Shown here: one piece after another, positions 10,307-23,335 of the stretch
How the letters are laid out: each line of letters begins with the position of its first letter
Numbering within the stretch: position 1 is the stretch's first letter
Source of the DNA: Eledone cirrhosa
Taxonomy: Eukaryota
Length of the DNA stretch: 64,000 bases
Reading direction: 5' to 3'
NCBI GenBank assembly: GCA_964016885.1
Contig: OZ024740.1
Location: 149,420,001 to 149,484,000, forward strand
The notes under the pieces: generated by a model
Seen by the model: the letters and a program-made list of their open reading frames with translations, nothing else
What the model was told of the DNA's origin: nothing
The model's database searches: none
Program-made: the position numbers and the translations under genes

Positions 10307-12546
10307 TGTTTAATAGATTTGGGAGCCTGAAATTCTCTATAGAGTTGTTACGCTGCTAAGGAAAGACATGGTAATCACGTCCCTCTTGTCCATGTCCTTC
10401 CTCAGCAACGTAACGCCTCCTAACTTATAACTAGAAATACTCCCAATCTGCTGTAGTAGATGGTTGCCAAGTCGATCGCCATCAAGTCTAGTGTGTAGAA
10501 ATAGAGCGGGTAGGAAGAATCATCTAATCCTGTGGATTCGTTATTTCATCTGCTAAAATTGGCTTTCGCAATACTCTCTCGTCGAGAGTTGCTGCAGAGC
10601 GTCAACTTTTGTGTTGAAGTTCGCCATCTCGAGTCGATTATTCTTCTTAAGCAGTTCGACAAACTGCTGTTGGAAAACCGTACCCAAATGCTAAGAATCG
10701 AATAGATCAAAATGCGAGTGTGTTGTTTCACGACACTTCAATAAACAGCGCTCATCGATCAGTTTTTATGCTTTTATGATTTAGTTGGAAAAACGGATTT
10801 TGTTTCGTGTCAAAGAAATGATGGAGCCCCATTTTCTCCACTATAACGTCGTTTACGGTGTCGCTTTCTTTACATTACTGTTCTTGTTATCAATTTATTT
10901 CTCTTTCGTTTTTCTCCGAGATCCATCACCTGATTTTGATGATAGTCTCCGTTACTTCCTGCTTAACTAGTTCACAATTTATATCCTGGAAATCCTCGAA
11001 ATCTGAAATATTGCTCTGTCGGAAAAGGTGATTTCAGCTTTTAGACACTGAAACCATGATTATTTTTCTTTTCTAAGTTCACACATTTATGATCTATGTA
11101 GCCAAATATCCGAAACTGTGGGTAACTTACGTTGAACTTACCTGCTAGCTTAACGGAACCTCAAATTATTACCTGGGTGAGCTGTTGTGGTTTAAGCAAA
11201 TTCCCAATGAGACATTAGAAAACTTAGGGTGGAACCTGTCAGACTATTGTAAATGCGTGATATTTGCATCTGCCTCTCCCAATGACTACCCCCACACACG
11301 GTTGAAGGTGTTATTTCAAACATCTACAGATACTAATGAGTGTAAGCTTCCGAGAAAAATATCTAAAAGTCTAATGAATTCCTGCCATTCAAGTCCTTTT
11401 TGAACGCATTATCATCATCATCATGACTGTTACATAGGCCCTGGACCACCACCTTATCATCCGAGTCTAGGAAAGTTGTACACAGCTTCAGGCCTTTCCT
11501 AAACAGTAGCACTACGCGAAATAATATCCAGATTGAGTGAAAGAATACCCTACCCTTAGTAATGGTGAACACATTTATATAAAAGGTTTTATGGGCTTTC
11601 GGCAAATGGTCTGACGTCCAAGCAGACCCAGGCTACGTGCATTTAACCATCCCACTTCCAATTCCAAGGTGTGTTTCCTCTTGGAAGATGTAACACACCT
11701 TAAAATTGGAAGAAGACAGGTAAACCGTCTTTTCTCTTCTGGCAGCAGTTTTTCAAAATACACCTCCAAAAGTATTTTGTCTGCTGTTTTTCGGAAAATT
11801 CTAACGCTACATGTGAATTTATTCTTTAGAGTCTTTAAGTGGTCAACGTGCGTCTTCAACAGTAGATTATCTTTCAGTGCTTGGTGGTTGAATTCCTCAA
11901 ATATCAGCTCCTTTTGTTTCTATTTAATATTTGCGTAGTGTTTGTATATATTCCATTAACACACTGTTGTTTCTATTCAGAGGGAAGAAACTGAGTGATT
12001 TGTTTTGTTTATTTTGTGTGTATTTGGCCGTTGTAATTTTGGTGATGGGATATTGTTATATTTGTTGTTCTTGTTAGAGTGTTGGCGTTTATACTGGTGG
12101 ATGATCGATAAATAGTCATTTCTGTTTTCATAATGGAGCTCGGGCAATTTGTGGGATTTTTGTTGTTTGTTTGTTTTTTGCCTTTTACTCCGGTCTGCTC
12201 CTCTTCGTCATTTGACGAGGACCTAGGAGAGCGTTGTAAGCTGGTTAATGCATGTGTGTGTATTTGGACATTTGTGTTGATGTTGATGTTATGCATTGAA
12301 GGAAGACAAAGCTGCTTTAGTAAGAGTTCGATGTTTTGATGTTGGTGCTATTTTTGCTCTTCTTACAGTTGAGGTGTTTGCTCCTATTATAAATGTAGCA
12401 CTTTGCTCACCTGCCTTCTACCACAACTCTCATTGGATTCACACTGATAGTTCCTGTTTACATGGAGGAGCATCATCTGCACCTCTAGTCTCCTCTAATT
12501 TCATATTGAAGTATTTTATATTAATTTCAGATAGTACATTAATAAT

Positions 12547-12631
12547 TGTTTCTTCTTTTGGCACAAGGCCAGCAATTATCCCAGCGCATTACTGGTACTT
12601 TATTTTATCGACCTCATAAGGATGAAAGGCA
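12547..12631 (-). mobile_element. 5'-truncated SINE with 16-bp TSD
   Basis: TSD ATAGTACATTAATAAT at 12531-12546 and 12632-12647. Confidence 0.85.
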
Positions 12632-15615
12632 ATAGTACATTAATAATGTCCCCTAGCTACTAGCCGCCCCATAAAGAAAAGCATTAACAAAACCACCCTG
12701 AAAGAGCATTATATGTAGCTACGTTTATAGCGTCCTTTTTATTGAGACAAATGGCCACCCCATTTTATTTTGGATTCTATTCCTTACGTATTATATGGAA
12801 GCCCACACACCTTTCATTCACATTCTTGCTTGAGCTTGTGGAGGATTATCAAACACTGTTACTTTTATTGACATATCTGTAGTAGTGTGGGCGATGCTGT
12901 TGTCGTCAGTTAGTCAGTTACAGCGGTAGGAATGCTTATTGAGTAGTATGAGTAGCGGTGGTTTCCGGGTGGTACTCTACCGACTTGAGCTGATGATAAA
13001 ACCCTTGTGTCCTACTGGTTATTTGTTGCTGTTGTAGTTGCTAGAATTGCTCTCGTCACAATACAGTAAGCTCATTGTAACAGCAAATATTGGAGTAGCA
13101 ATTGTATGAAATTCCACCAACGTCTGTTTCTAAACCAAAATTTTCCGAATTTTCCTACTCGTAGATTCGCGTTTCCCTCCTACTTATGGCATCATTGAGA
13201 ATTTCCAAAATATATACAATCAAGGGTCGCAAAACACAGTCACCTATTGCTGTTTTTTTCTTTCACTTTGATACATTTCACAGGCAAGCTGTCAGTTGCC
13301 ACACATAGAAATAGTTGCAGGAAACAGTACCAAGTTGGTAAATTAATGTAAGTGATCTCTCGCTTGATCCAAATTGAGAATTCTCAGTCGTTCACGAACA
13401 GCGGAAATATTGCAGTTATTCTCCATATGTGGTCAAATTTGTTCACTGTTCATTAATATCTACCTATAACAAAATGTACATTCCTTGTCTAAAAATTAAA
13501 AATAGAGTAGTGTTTTCCATTTTAGCAAAAAAATGTTAATTTCTGAGCGAGTCACCACAGCTCGGAGGTTACAGATTTTAGAGATCATGTAGATGTTTAC
13601 GACTTCATTCCGAACATGCGGTCTTCTTTTTTTAAATGTGGTAGGTTGTAATTTTAGCACGATTTAGCTCCAATTTTGAGTACGTCGAGTAATCCTATAA
13701 AGCATCATTGGTTCCTCTGTACATTTTAATGATATCCACGGCGGAGGAGGGCAAGATAGATTTAGTCAGAGCGTGGTAATCATTGTTCCTCTACACTCAT
13801 CATTGTTGGCTTGTAACTGAGCAAAGGTTTGGAGCTTATGAGATTATTGTCGCGTGTTATTTGGCCCTGAGATTGACCCTAGCCTCTGTTTAATTGGCGT
13901 GATAACTATAATCAATCTGATAACTATAATCATTAGCATATGATTTTCAGGTCTAGCTCATAATATATATTCATTCATATTTATAAATTTGGAGTGGGGT
14001 TTGAAGGAGGTTTGGTTGTTAACTTTATAGAAATAACAACCACAAGACTTTGAAAGCGTGTTTGCAATATCAATTCGATTGTCAGCTGAACCTTTTCTCT
14101 AACTTAGTGGACAAAATGTCTTGTGCTGCGTCATTTCACTACATCCAACAGGCTTCCAAACAATTTTCATCCATCAATGTTTTCTCACAGGGGTTGGGTC
14201 GCTTCGACAACATGATTAAAAAACGTCATGCTATAGGATGGAACTCGTGATTTAATGTCTTGCGAACCAAGCATTTCAACCATACCTGCATTCATAGCAC
14301 CCTAGTATATAGTGGATTATAAGCAGGAACAAAATATAAAATGTTGGTTCTGTGTTTCTAATTAAACATAAATGTTCTTCTACATTAATTTAGACATACT
14401 ATTCATAACCTATCTCTGCAATAATACGTCTAATGTTCTCTTGAGCTAACACGGGATAGACAGCTTCTATGCGGTCGTTTGGTCTGCTAGAAATTGCAGT
14501 TGATTCTACCTTAAATCAGACCTTACCGACTTGTAAATGGAAAAGCACACATTATAGCTCACTTAATGACAGCAAGTGTTATTTTGCTTTTATTGTCGAT
14601 GACCATGTTTCCCTTAAGTCGTGATGTTTTCTGAGTTATTGTAACTGGTACTGTTCACAAATTAGTGCAGATAGTTTTAAGTTACTAAAGCATCTTTCTT
14701 TTCCTATAAAAGCTGATTTCGTGGAACGGCTATTTTGCCTTGTAATATTTCTTCATCATTTACATAAGATCGATCGAGATATCCCCTAGGATTTCGATAG
14801 AATATGTACAGATCAAATGACTAATTGGTGTGTTCTTAATAAATTCAGTTCCTTAATATCACTTATCGATTTTGTAATCTTAGTTATGTTTCGTAATAAT
14901 CCCGATGCCACGCTTGATTATTAATATATTTTGTTTTGTAACATACTTTTTCTGTTTGTAGCCCCCACTATCAAACCAAGGCTTTGTGCCTGACAGAAAT
15001 CATCTTTCTCTAATAATCATTCACTTGACCAGGCTAGTTGAAATAGAAAAAAATACTGTTGAAAATAATATTTATTGTAGTCATAATTAACTTGTTTAAC
15101 GCTGTAGTATATGTGTACAGTTGGTGTGTTGTAGGTGGCTGTATGCATAAACGCGCGTGTGTGTTATTGTATGTGTAATAATCTTGGGATGATAATAATG
15201 CCATTTTGGAATCAGCAATAGAAATATGTTTCAATAATATATACAATCTGCGCTTGATTTTGCTGACGTCTGCATCAAAGTATTTTCTTCAGCAAACCGA
15301 CTGAGTATTTACCTAGCATACACTAAATTATTAGCGTTATTGTTGAATTGCTTTGCTTTTTACGTAATGGTGTTGACTTGGGAAATATCGAGTAGAGGCG
15401 GTTAGTTTCTGTCATTTTACATTAGCTTATGTCTATATAGATAGCAATAAACTTCTCTTTGATTTTATGTCATGGTAATTTCCTTTATTCGTGTGTTTTA
15501 CTCTGATTTCCCTTCTCGCTTTTATTTTTAACAAGTATTTGACTGAACATTTTACAATAACTGTTATACATTCTCCCATTCTCCCCAGGATCATCATCAT
15601 CATCACTGGTGGTAT

Positions 15616-15675
<60 letters not shown>

Positions 15676-15685
15676 CAGTAGTAGT
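15616..15685. repeat. (TAG)n microsatellite
   Basis: Directly visible. Confidence 0.95.
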
Positions 15686-15931
15686 GACGGCGGATATATA
15701 GAATCGGTAAACCGTCGGACAATGAAGTATGCACTGGTCTCTTACACTCTGATTTCAAATCTGACCTTTTAGGTGCCAGTCTTGGAGTAGATTTTGGCAA
15801 TTATTCCTTTCTGGTATAGTGTTCCTTTACCTTTCTATCTCATTCACTCTTTACCTGCCACTCTGGTCAGTATCTATACCCTTCCTTCAGCCCATGTCAA
15901 TTATTTCTTTTTCTCAGCGTGTCTCCCACTT

Positions 15932-16051
<120 letters not shown>

Positions 16052-16737
16052 CAATCAAATCTTAGTTTAATACATTTATTTGCTGACAATTGTTTCTTCC
16101 AGGGGGATGTCTGGAATCATCGGAGCATAGGGAATGCTTAAACAGGTGATTAAAATCCTACTCTTCAGAACATTTAGGTAAATACATAGCTGCTGTCAGT
16201 GTCATACAGAAAATCGGGGGTTAAAAAAGAATGTTATGCTTCAGAAAATACAATTACAAGGAGCAATAGGAAAAATTGAAAAATAAGCATATTATTATAT
16301 ATAAAGGTATTGTTTATGGTAATACATGTGCAAAAGGTACAAGCAAAAAAGGTAAGATAGAATAGATAAAAGATATCATAGCATTGGAAATCAGGTAATG
16401 TTAAGGGTATGTAATGCAAGAATCAATACAATCAATGTGGTAAGAGTTATATTATAGCTGAAACAAGCATATTTCATGTAGAATGTAACAGCATGTTACA
16501 AGTGTTAGAAATGTTTAAATCTTTAAAAAAAGTTTAATTTTTTTAAATGCCGTGGTATATGGTGGAGAGACATGTGGTGATAAAATGCGTATATGTTATG
16601 TAAGATGTGAGGCAAAGCACGTGGTTGAGTTAGATAGGTAATTTTCATTCAAGAATTTTATATATTGGAGTTCATACTTAGTACTACCGTCCATATTTAT
16701 AATTGTATATTAAACATATATAAGTATAAATATCATT

Positions 16738-16795
<58 letters not shown>

Positions 16796-17214
16796 AATAT
16801 AATTTGAGCGAGATCGTATTTCGACGGTGGCCAAAAACAAAGCGAAACGCAATCTTCGAGATATGCGGCAAGCGCTCAATGGACTAAAAGAAGACCAGAG
16901 CAATTAACATACGTTATAGAGGCCAAACAAAATGAAAACGGTGGTTACGCGCGTTTCGCAGAGAATTCGCTCAAGGTCACTCATAGAAGTTATGGATTCG
17001 ACTTCATTATCGATCTGCCCCTCAGACTGGCGATTCAACAAAATATATAGTCTTTGTTGTGATTTGTGAGATGATGAGTGTCTATCTATCTCACCCTCTT
17101 GCTGTGTCTCTACGTTATTAAACGTGAAATTGTTCCAAAACATTAACATTATTGTTAGCGTTTTCAAATATGTGTAGCTCTAAATCTAGTCCACATCATT
17201 ATACTATTATATTA

Positions 17215-17404
17215 GGGCGGTGGATTGGCAGTAGTAGTAGAGCGTCAGACGCCATGCTTTGCAGCATACAGTTATGGTCCTTTACGTTCTGAATTCAAAT
17301 CTCGCCGAGGTTAACTTTGCCTTTCTCCTCACGTGGGCGATAAAATAAAGCACCAGTAATGCACTGGGGTAATTGCTGGCCTTGAGCCAAAAGTAGAAAC
17401 AATT
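17215..17404 (+). mobile_element. tRNA-derived SINE
   Basis: Full family consensus; ATTATACTAT on both flanks (17198-17207, 17405-17414). Confidence 0.88.
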
Positions 17405-17749
17405 ATTATACTATATCACCTAGGCTATAAATCTACCCGTAGATATAACTGGTTTCCATATTACGGCTCATACACACCAACACATAGTCTACTTTAGGTA
17501 TCCTACTCTATTGTAGAAATCATCTTCCCCTCAGCATAAGAAATACCTATATTAAACCTCCGTTCTATAACGAAGCAAATTAGTCGAGACAATGAAAAAG
17601 CATTTGCATAGCTGCTTGACGCGCTAGAAATAGTTACCAAATCTCCCTTTATTTTCTTACCAAAAACAAAAGCATTTTAAATAATGAAGTCCGATATGAT
17701 CCTGAATGGAACCTCTTTTTATCATAGGTTTAATTGGAATAAAACAGTA

Positions 17750-18002
17750 ACTAAATTCCCTTCTCAGCTCGAGCCAGTGGGGCTGGATCGAGGGAACGGC
17801 AAAAGGCCAGAGGGCAAACTGTCCAAGTATCGGCCGCTCTCTGATAGGTTTGTGGTAGAGTCTGTAGCAGTGGAAACTTCAGGTGCTCTTGGCCCCTGGA
17901 CCACATCCCTACTCACTGCTATCGGAGCAGAGTTGGCTGCCCATAGGTGTGAGCCCTCCGAGATGGAATGGCTGTTCCAGCGGACTTCCCTCGCCGTCCA
18001 AG
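17750..18002 (+). mobile_element. Fragment of a restriction-like-endonuclease non-LTR retrotransposon (CRE/NeSL-like)
   Basis: LEPVGLDRGNGKRPEG...KLSKYRPL..RFVVESVAVETSGALGP resembles the RPDG...K..KY...AVET.G C-terminal RLE motif, with an apparent internal deletion. Confidence 0.6.
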
Positions 18003-18836
18003 ATGGATGTCACTTTCTCTCGATTTATTTAAAATTATAGCTATGAGTTGACTCTATGCACGATAAGAAAAACAGACTAAATTGGTTAATAGACTTTCCA
18101 GGCGTTTGTTTAGGTAAGCAATCAAACATACATCTGTATTTGTACAAATTATTTCCTAATTTAGATAGACAATCACAGCTCCTCCTCAATAAGAAATACA
18201 TTGCATGAAATTTAACTATAGATTAGTAGCAAGTATAGGTTTCTATTTACTTGTTGAGTGTTACATACTACTACCACTACATTCTTCTTCTTCTTCTATT
18301 TCGAGTTTTCCGGCATAATCTAATAAGTAATTATTCCAAAACTATCTGCAAATAATTTACAACTCAAATAGGAGACGCCAACGTTCTGGCTAAAATCATC
18401 ACGAAAATGGCCACATTTACCCACTACTAAAATCGTAACCTACTACTCATTATATTAGTTCAAATTGGTTTATCGTCTCTGATTCGTAGGCCACAGCATT
18501 CGCTTACTGTACAGAAATATATCACAAGACTACCAATTGTAGTATCTCAACAACAGATAATTTATAGCAATTTGCCTACATTCATCAACACTAGATCTCT
18601 TGATAAGATTCGAAGCCTTTACATACTCCATATTCAGGACTCTTTTGTGCCCTTAAAATAAACCTGAAGTATGTTATTTTCGATGTACGCGGTCGTAAAG
18701 AATCTATAGATATAGACAGGCTGAAACAAACTTATATACCTACTGCTTCCTTATTCAAGACTGTATTTTTTCAGGCTGATACGATGTCATTGATACCTCT
18801 TGTCAAAGTCCCTTCTATGGCTGCTACAGAAAAATA

Positions 18837-19520
18837 TACAAGGTGAATCAGAAACGAAACAGAACTGGGGTTGCAAAATAAATTTCAAATCCAAACTACA
18901 AATTACAAGTTTACCCCTTCGAAATAATCCCCATCGAGTCTAACGCACTTTCCCATCCTTCTCCGTCGCGACTCCGTGTACTGCTGGAAGGATTCTCCCA
19001 GGATTCTCCTTAGCTTCGTCGTCACGGCCCTCTTCAACGTCATGAAAACTGGTCCCCTTGATGACCCTCTTGAGCTTAGGTAAAAGGAAAAAAAATCCCA
19101 CGGAGCCAGGTCGGGTGAGTAGAGAGTTTACTCTATCACGGCAATGTACTCGGCCAGGAACTGCCAGATGCTCAGAGCATTGTGAGTCGGTGCGTTGTCA
19201 CGGTGAAGCAACCGCAAGTTGACCTACCACAACTTTCGCCTCTTCTTGTGCACTAAAGGAAGCAAACGCCGCACGATCTCTTTGTAGACATGGTGGTTGG
19301 TTGTCTGTCCCTGTGGAAAGACCTCTATCTGGACGAAGCCCACCACATCAAAGAACGCGATGAATAAGAGTTTGACATTGGACATCGACTGTCTTGCTTT
19401 CTTAGACCTCGGCGACTCCGGACTCATCCACTGAAGGCTTTCAAGCTTGGTCCCCGTGTCGTACTCCATGATCCATGACTCATCACCGGTGATGACACTC
19501 CCCAGCAAGTCTGGTTCTAT
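18837..19520 (-). mobile_element. Mariner transposon 3' fragment
   Basis: ITGDESWIMEYDTGTK...SPRSKKARQSMSNVK...FFD in ORF 19224-19580; SPDLAPWDFF-type motif near 19090-19120; TA-flanked end at 18837. Confidence 0.85.
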
Positions 19521-19717
19521 AGCAGGTTTCCTTGCTTGCCTAGAATTTAAGAAAAAAATGTTATTCATTTTCAATGACATTTAATTATACGTGCAACTTT
19601 TTGAATGTATAAATTACGTTAATATTTATGTTAAAATGCTATGCTTTCTATCGTGAGAGTAATCTCTCATTATGGGATACCATACTTTGGTCGACTGCTA
19701 CCTACTACTCCCATTAT

Positions 19718-20210
19718 ATACAGGGTGACTGAAAAGTAACTCCCTATTTTTAAATTCTTATAATTTATTTCTTAACTACAATTGTTACAAGAAAAGAATA
19801 TGAGAAGAAGGCGTATAGCATGGAGTTTTATTTAGAATTCAATATGGGCACCAACATTCGCCAACGGTTTCTTAAGCCGTCCCGGAACTGCATCAACTGA
19901 TTCCACCAGGAACTCTTGTGGGAGGGAAGACATAACTTCTCGTATTCGCCCTTCGAGTTCTTCCAAAGTCGTTGGTTTGGTAGAGTAGACTTGCTCCTTT
20001 AACCAACCCCAAAGAAAGAAGTCGCCGGGTGTTAAGTCAGGGCTTCTGACTGGCCACTTATGCGGATCACGACGACCCATTCATCTCCCAGAGAAGTGGA
20101 CATTCAGCCATTCATGAACAACATTAACAAAATCAAATCTTCAATATTCTCTCAAGTACTGATAACTGGCCAGATTTATTCTTGCAGCATGGTGAGGTAC
20201 CTTTCGGCAT
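19718..20210 (-). mobile_element. Tc1/mariner-superfamily (DD37D/maT-like) transposon fragment
   Basis: WPVRSPDLTPGDFFLWGWLKEQVYS motif; TACAGGGTG terminus near 19718. Confidence 0.8.
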
Positions 20211-20714
20211 TCAATAGGGAGTTACTTTTCAATCACCTTGTATATATACTTCTAGAAATAAAAAAAGATACCCTTCAGTCTCAAATAACCATGGGTTTTG
20301 AGCCTACAAAGCTACACTCTGAGACACAATCCTAATCGAGATGCTTTTGTAGAAAACCATGCATGCCAGTCACCCCTCTCCATGCCACCGATGTTGTCCC
20401 AGGGAAAGGCAAAAAACGATAGAGTTTAGCATATACATACTCATTTTCCTAGTTGATTAAACTGGAGCTACGTGAAATAATGCATCTAACTAAACGCACT
20501 GCCTGGTCTGGGAATCGAACTCACATCATGACTGCAAATCCAACGTTTTAACTATTATACCGCGTACCTACACATATTTCTAGCTGTAAACATATACATG
20601 ATACTACTTTCAGGAACACTACACTCTTTCTATTGTTCACGTCATAACCTACAATTGTAGCTTAGACCACTGTACTTGCTGTCAAGTGATCTGTTAATAT
20701 TATTCTATTGGTTA

Positions 20715-20893
20715 TTGGCAATATCGGTAGAGGGTCGGACGCCATGCTTTGACGCATAGAGTTACGGCCCTTGCCATTCTGAGTTCAAATCCCGCCGAGG
20801 TTAACTTTGCCTTTCATCCTTACGGGGGTCGATAAAAATAACGTACCAGTAATACACTGGGTAATTGCTGGCCTTGTGCCAAAAGTAGAAACA
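20715..20893 (+). mobile_element. tRNA-derived SINE with 16-bp TSD
   Basis: TSD ATTATTCTATTGGTTA at 20699-20714 and 20894-20909. Confidence 0.9.
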
Positions 20894-23045
20894 ATTATTC
20901 TATTGGTTAAAATTAACTATCTTACAGGTTTCTCTACAGCCTACTTTATATAAGGCGAATTGACAGAAACATTGAAGCATCTCTCATCTAAATGTTTCCA
21001 CGTCGGTTTTCTCCTAAATTAAGATGAATTTCCTAATGCATTCCACATGCACACAAATATAAGCAGAATTTATAAATGTTCACACATAATTTTCCTAACA
21101 TATACATACAAATGAACATATTGTCTATTAAATCTAGAGCATTAATATAATGCTAAGAACATTCTAATTTTTTTTTTATATTTGCACCATATCTTCTGAT
21201 ACTCTCATAATATTCCTTAACATGGATTCCTCGTATTCCACTGATATTAATAAATATATTAAAGGCAATTCTGTCTTCTTATTCTTCCATTATACGCTTG
21301 ATATTGATCCATAATCGTTAATTGTTCAAAAATAATCCTCAAATAATTAATTATTCACATAGTTAAAACTAGCACGAAAACAATAATCACTAAAAATTAG
21401 TCTCTTGTTACAATACACTCTCAAACACACTTAGCTTCGATCAATTCTAAGCCAGCACTTCATAAATGAAGGAATTTTATGTCATTTCGTGAAATATGGT
21501 TTCATTAGAGATCTTAAAGTGCTGCTTGAATCTGTTGAAATCTATTCCATATACAGTATCTTTCTAGTTTGCGAGATGGTAATGAAACTCCGAGGCTTTT
21601 CCCACAGTAGAGTGGCAGCTAATTCGATTAATTTGCAGTTCTCAATGCTAAGGTTTGGTGCCATTCCTTCAAATTGTAAATTACCGGTACAGAACTTGCA
21701 AACCTTTCAGAATAGTCAAGCTGGTTTATAAAAGCAATCAAAGAGTTCGGCTGTTTTTTCAACATCCATCTGCTGTAAATGAACAGCTTCTCTCAAACAA
21801 TGGCTCGATTTTGTCATCCACTGAATTTGCTTATTTTTGCAAATCTGCAAAAACATTTCATCATCATCATTTCATTTTACGTCCGCTTTTCCCTGCTTGC
21901 AAGGGTGGGACGGGAACTGATTCTGGCTTGATTTCTATAGCTGGATGCCCTTCCTAACACCAACCCAATTTACAGTGAGTGCGGGGTGCTTTTTTGCCGT
22001 GGCACCTCCACAACCACTTTGCAGTGGAATGATTTAGTTATGATTTTTCTTTCTACTTAGTTCATTTCTCAGGAGCAATGTATTTTATCTTCGTTATTTT
22101 TGAATGGCATTCTTAGTCGTTTATCCTGCCAGCAGTTTGTCCATTTCAACCATTGGAAATCCTTGTTAGTTTTTTTTCCTATTCGTGGATAACATTTTTA
22201 TGTTTAATATATCTAGTTTGTATTGTTTATATACACACGAGGCTACATCATATTGCATAGGCAATTGTGGTGCAATACAGCTTCCTGGTTTTGTTTTCCA
22301 ATGAGACTCGTGAAAATTCAGTTTGGACAGAATTGGTGTGCTTCTTGGACTCCAATTTCATGTCGAGTATGCTTTGTCAATTCTATTTTATTACACTAAG
22401 AGAAAAATGTAATAGTCACCTTCATGTCATGGATAGGTTCTACATTATTTGTAAAACAGCGAATTATTGTATGGCTGCCTCTAGGACTGGGATCATTATA
22501 TATAGAAATACAAATCAACGTGAAAAATAAAACGAAAACAAGTACAGAAATAAATGGATGTACAACTATACTATGTTTTCGAAACTTCAAGCTACAGTTT
22601 ACATAGATAAGAAATAAAACGAAGTAAAGAAAAAAATGTTTTCCAATGAAAATCTTTTTCCCTTATCAACATTATCAACGTGACAATATTTTACTTTGTG
22701 TATCATTGTTGCTGTTTGCTTTCCATGTTTCGATACTATCACACTAGTTCCTCTTTTGTAATTAGTTTGTTAGCTTTCAAATAATAATAATAATAATAAT
22801 CTTAGCCAGTCTCGAAATATTTATTGTAAAATGACTGCACGTATATCACGTAAGGTTCAATGTTAGCTATATTCCCATGAGGATACGCTACTCAAATACC
22901 TATACATACTTGTTCTCGTACTGACATACACATGATTTGTATATATATATAAACACACGTCCAAACATATTCATTTCAAATAAAGATAGTCACGGAAGTT
23001 CATTATTCACATAGGTACATAGTTGACTGTACATTATTTAGTTAT

Positions 23046-23335
23046 TTGACTTTGCCTTTCATCCTTACGGGGTCGATAAAATAAAGTACCAGTAATGCAC
23101 TGGGTAATTGCTGGCCTTGTGCCTAAAGTAGAAACAATTATTTAGTTATACATCGGTGGATTGGCAGTATCGGTAGAGGGTCGGACGCCATGCCTTCCAG
23201 CATAGTTACGTCCCTTTACGATCTGAGTTCAAATCCCGCCGAGGTTGACTTTGCCTTTCATCCTTACGGGGTCGATAAAATAAAGTACCAGTAATACACT
23301 GAGTAATTGCTGGCCTTGTGCCTAAAGTAGAAACA
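23046..23335 (+). mobile_element. Two SINE copies (truncated plus full) at one target site
   Basis: ATTATTTAGTTAT at 23033, and ATTATTTAGTTATACAT at 23137-23153 and 23336-23352. Confidence 0.9.

Larger units (their letters stand above)
8560..12000 (-). mobile_element. Highly decayed Tx1/L1-like LINE, interrupted by Helitron-like copies
   Basis: Minus strand DQRKAFDRVD RT motif near 8660-8690; endonuclease remnants LEVGWLNARSL and LLFRKGLKL..FLDSDDKVVV (11363-11700) resemble 61984-62250. Boundaries approximate. Confidence 0.6.

Noticed and set aside
12990-13020. Other CTGATGA occurrences (also near 7592, 24529, 33582)
   Set aside because: No properly spaced GAAA or supporting helices seen.
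18320-18760. Possible Gypsy integrase tail (PYSG...IDRLK)
   Set aside because: Only short degenerate motifs and no LTRs identified.
23154-23245. tRNA genes
   Set aside because: The A/B-box-like motifs are SINE heads followed by SINE body and TSDs; I could not fold a cloverleaf.
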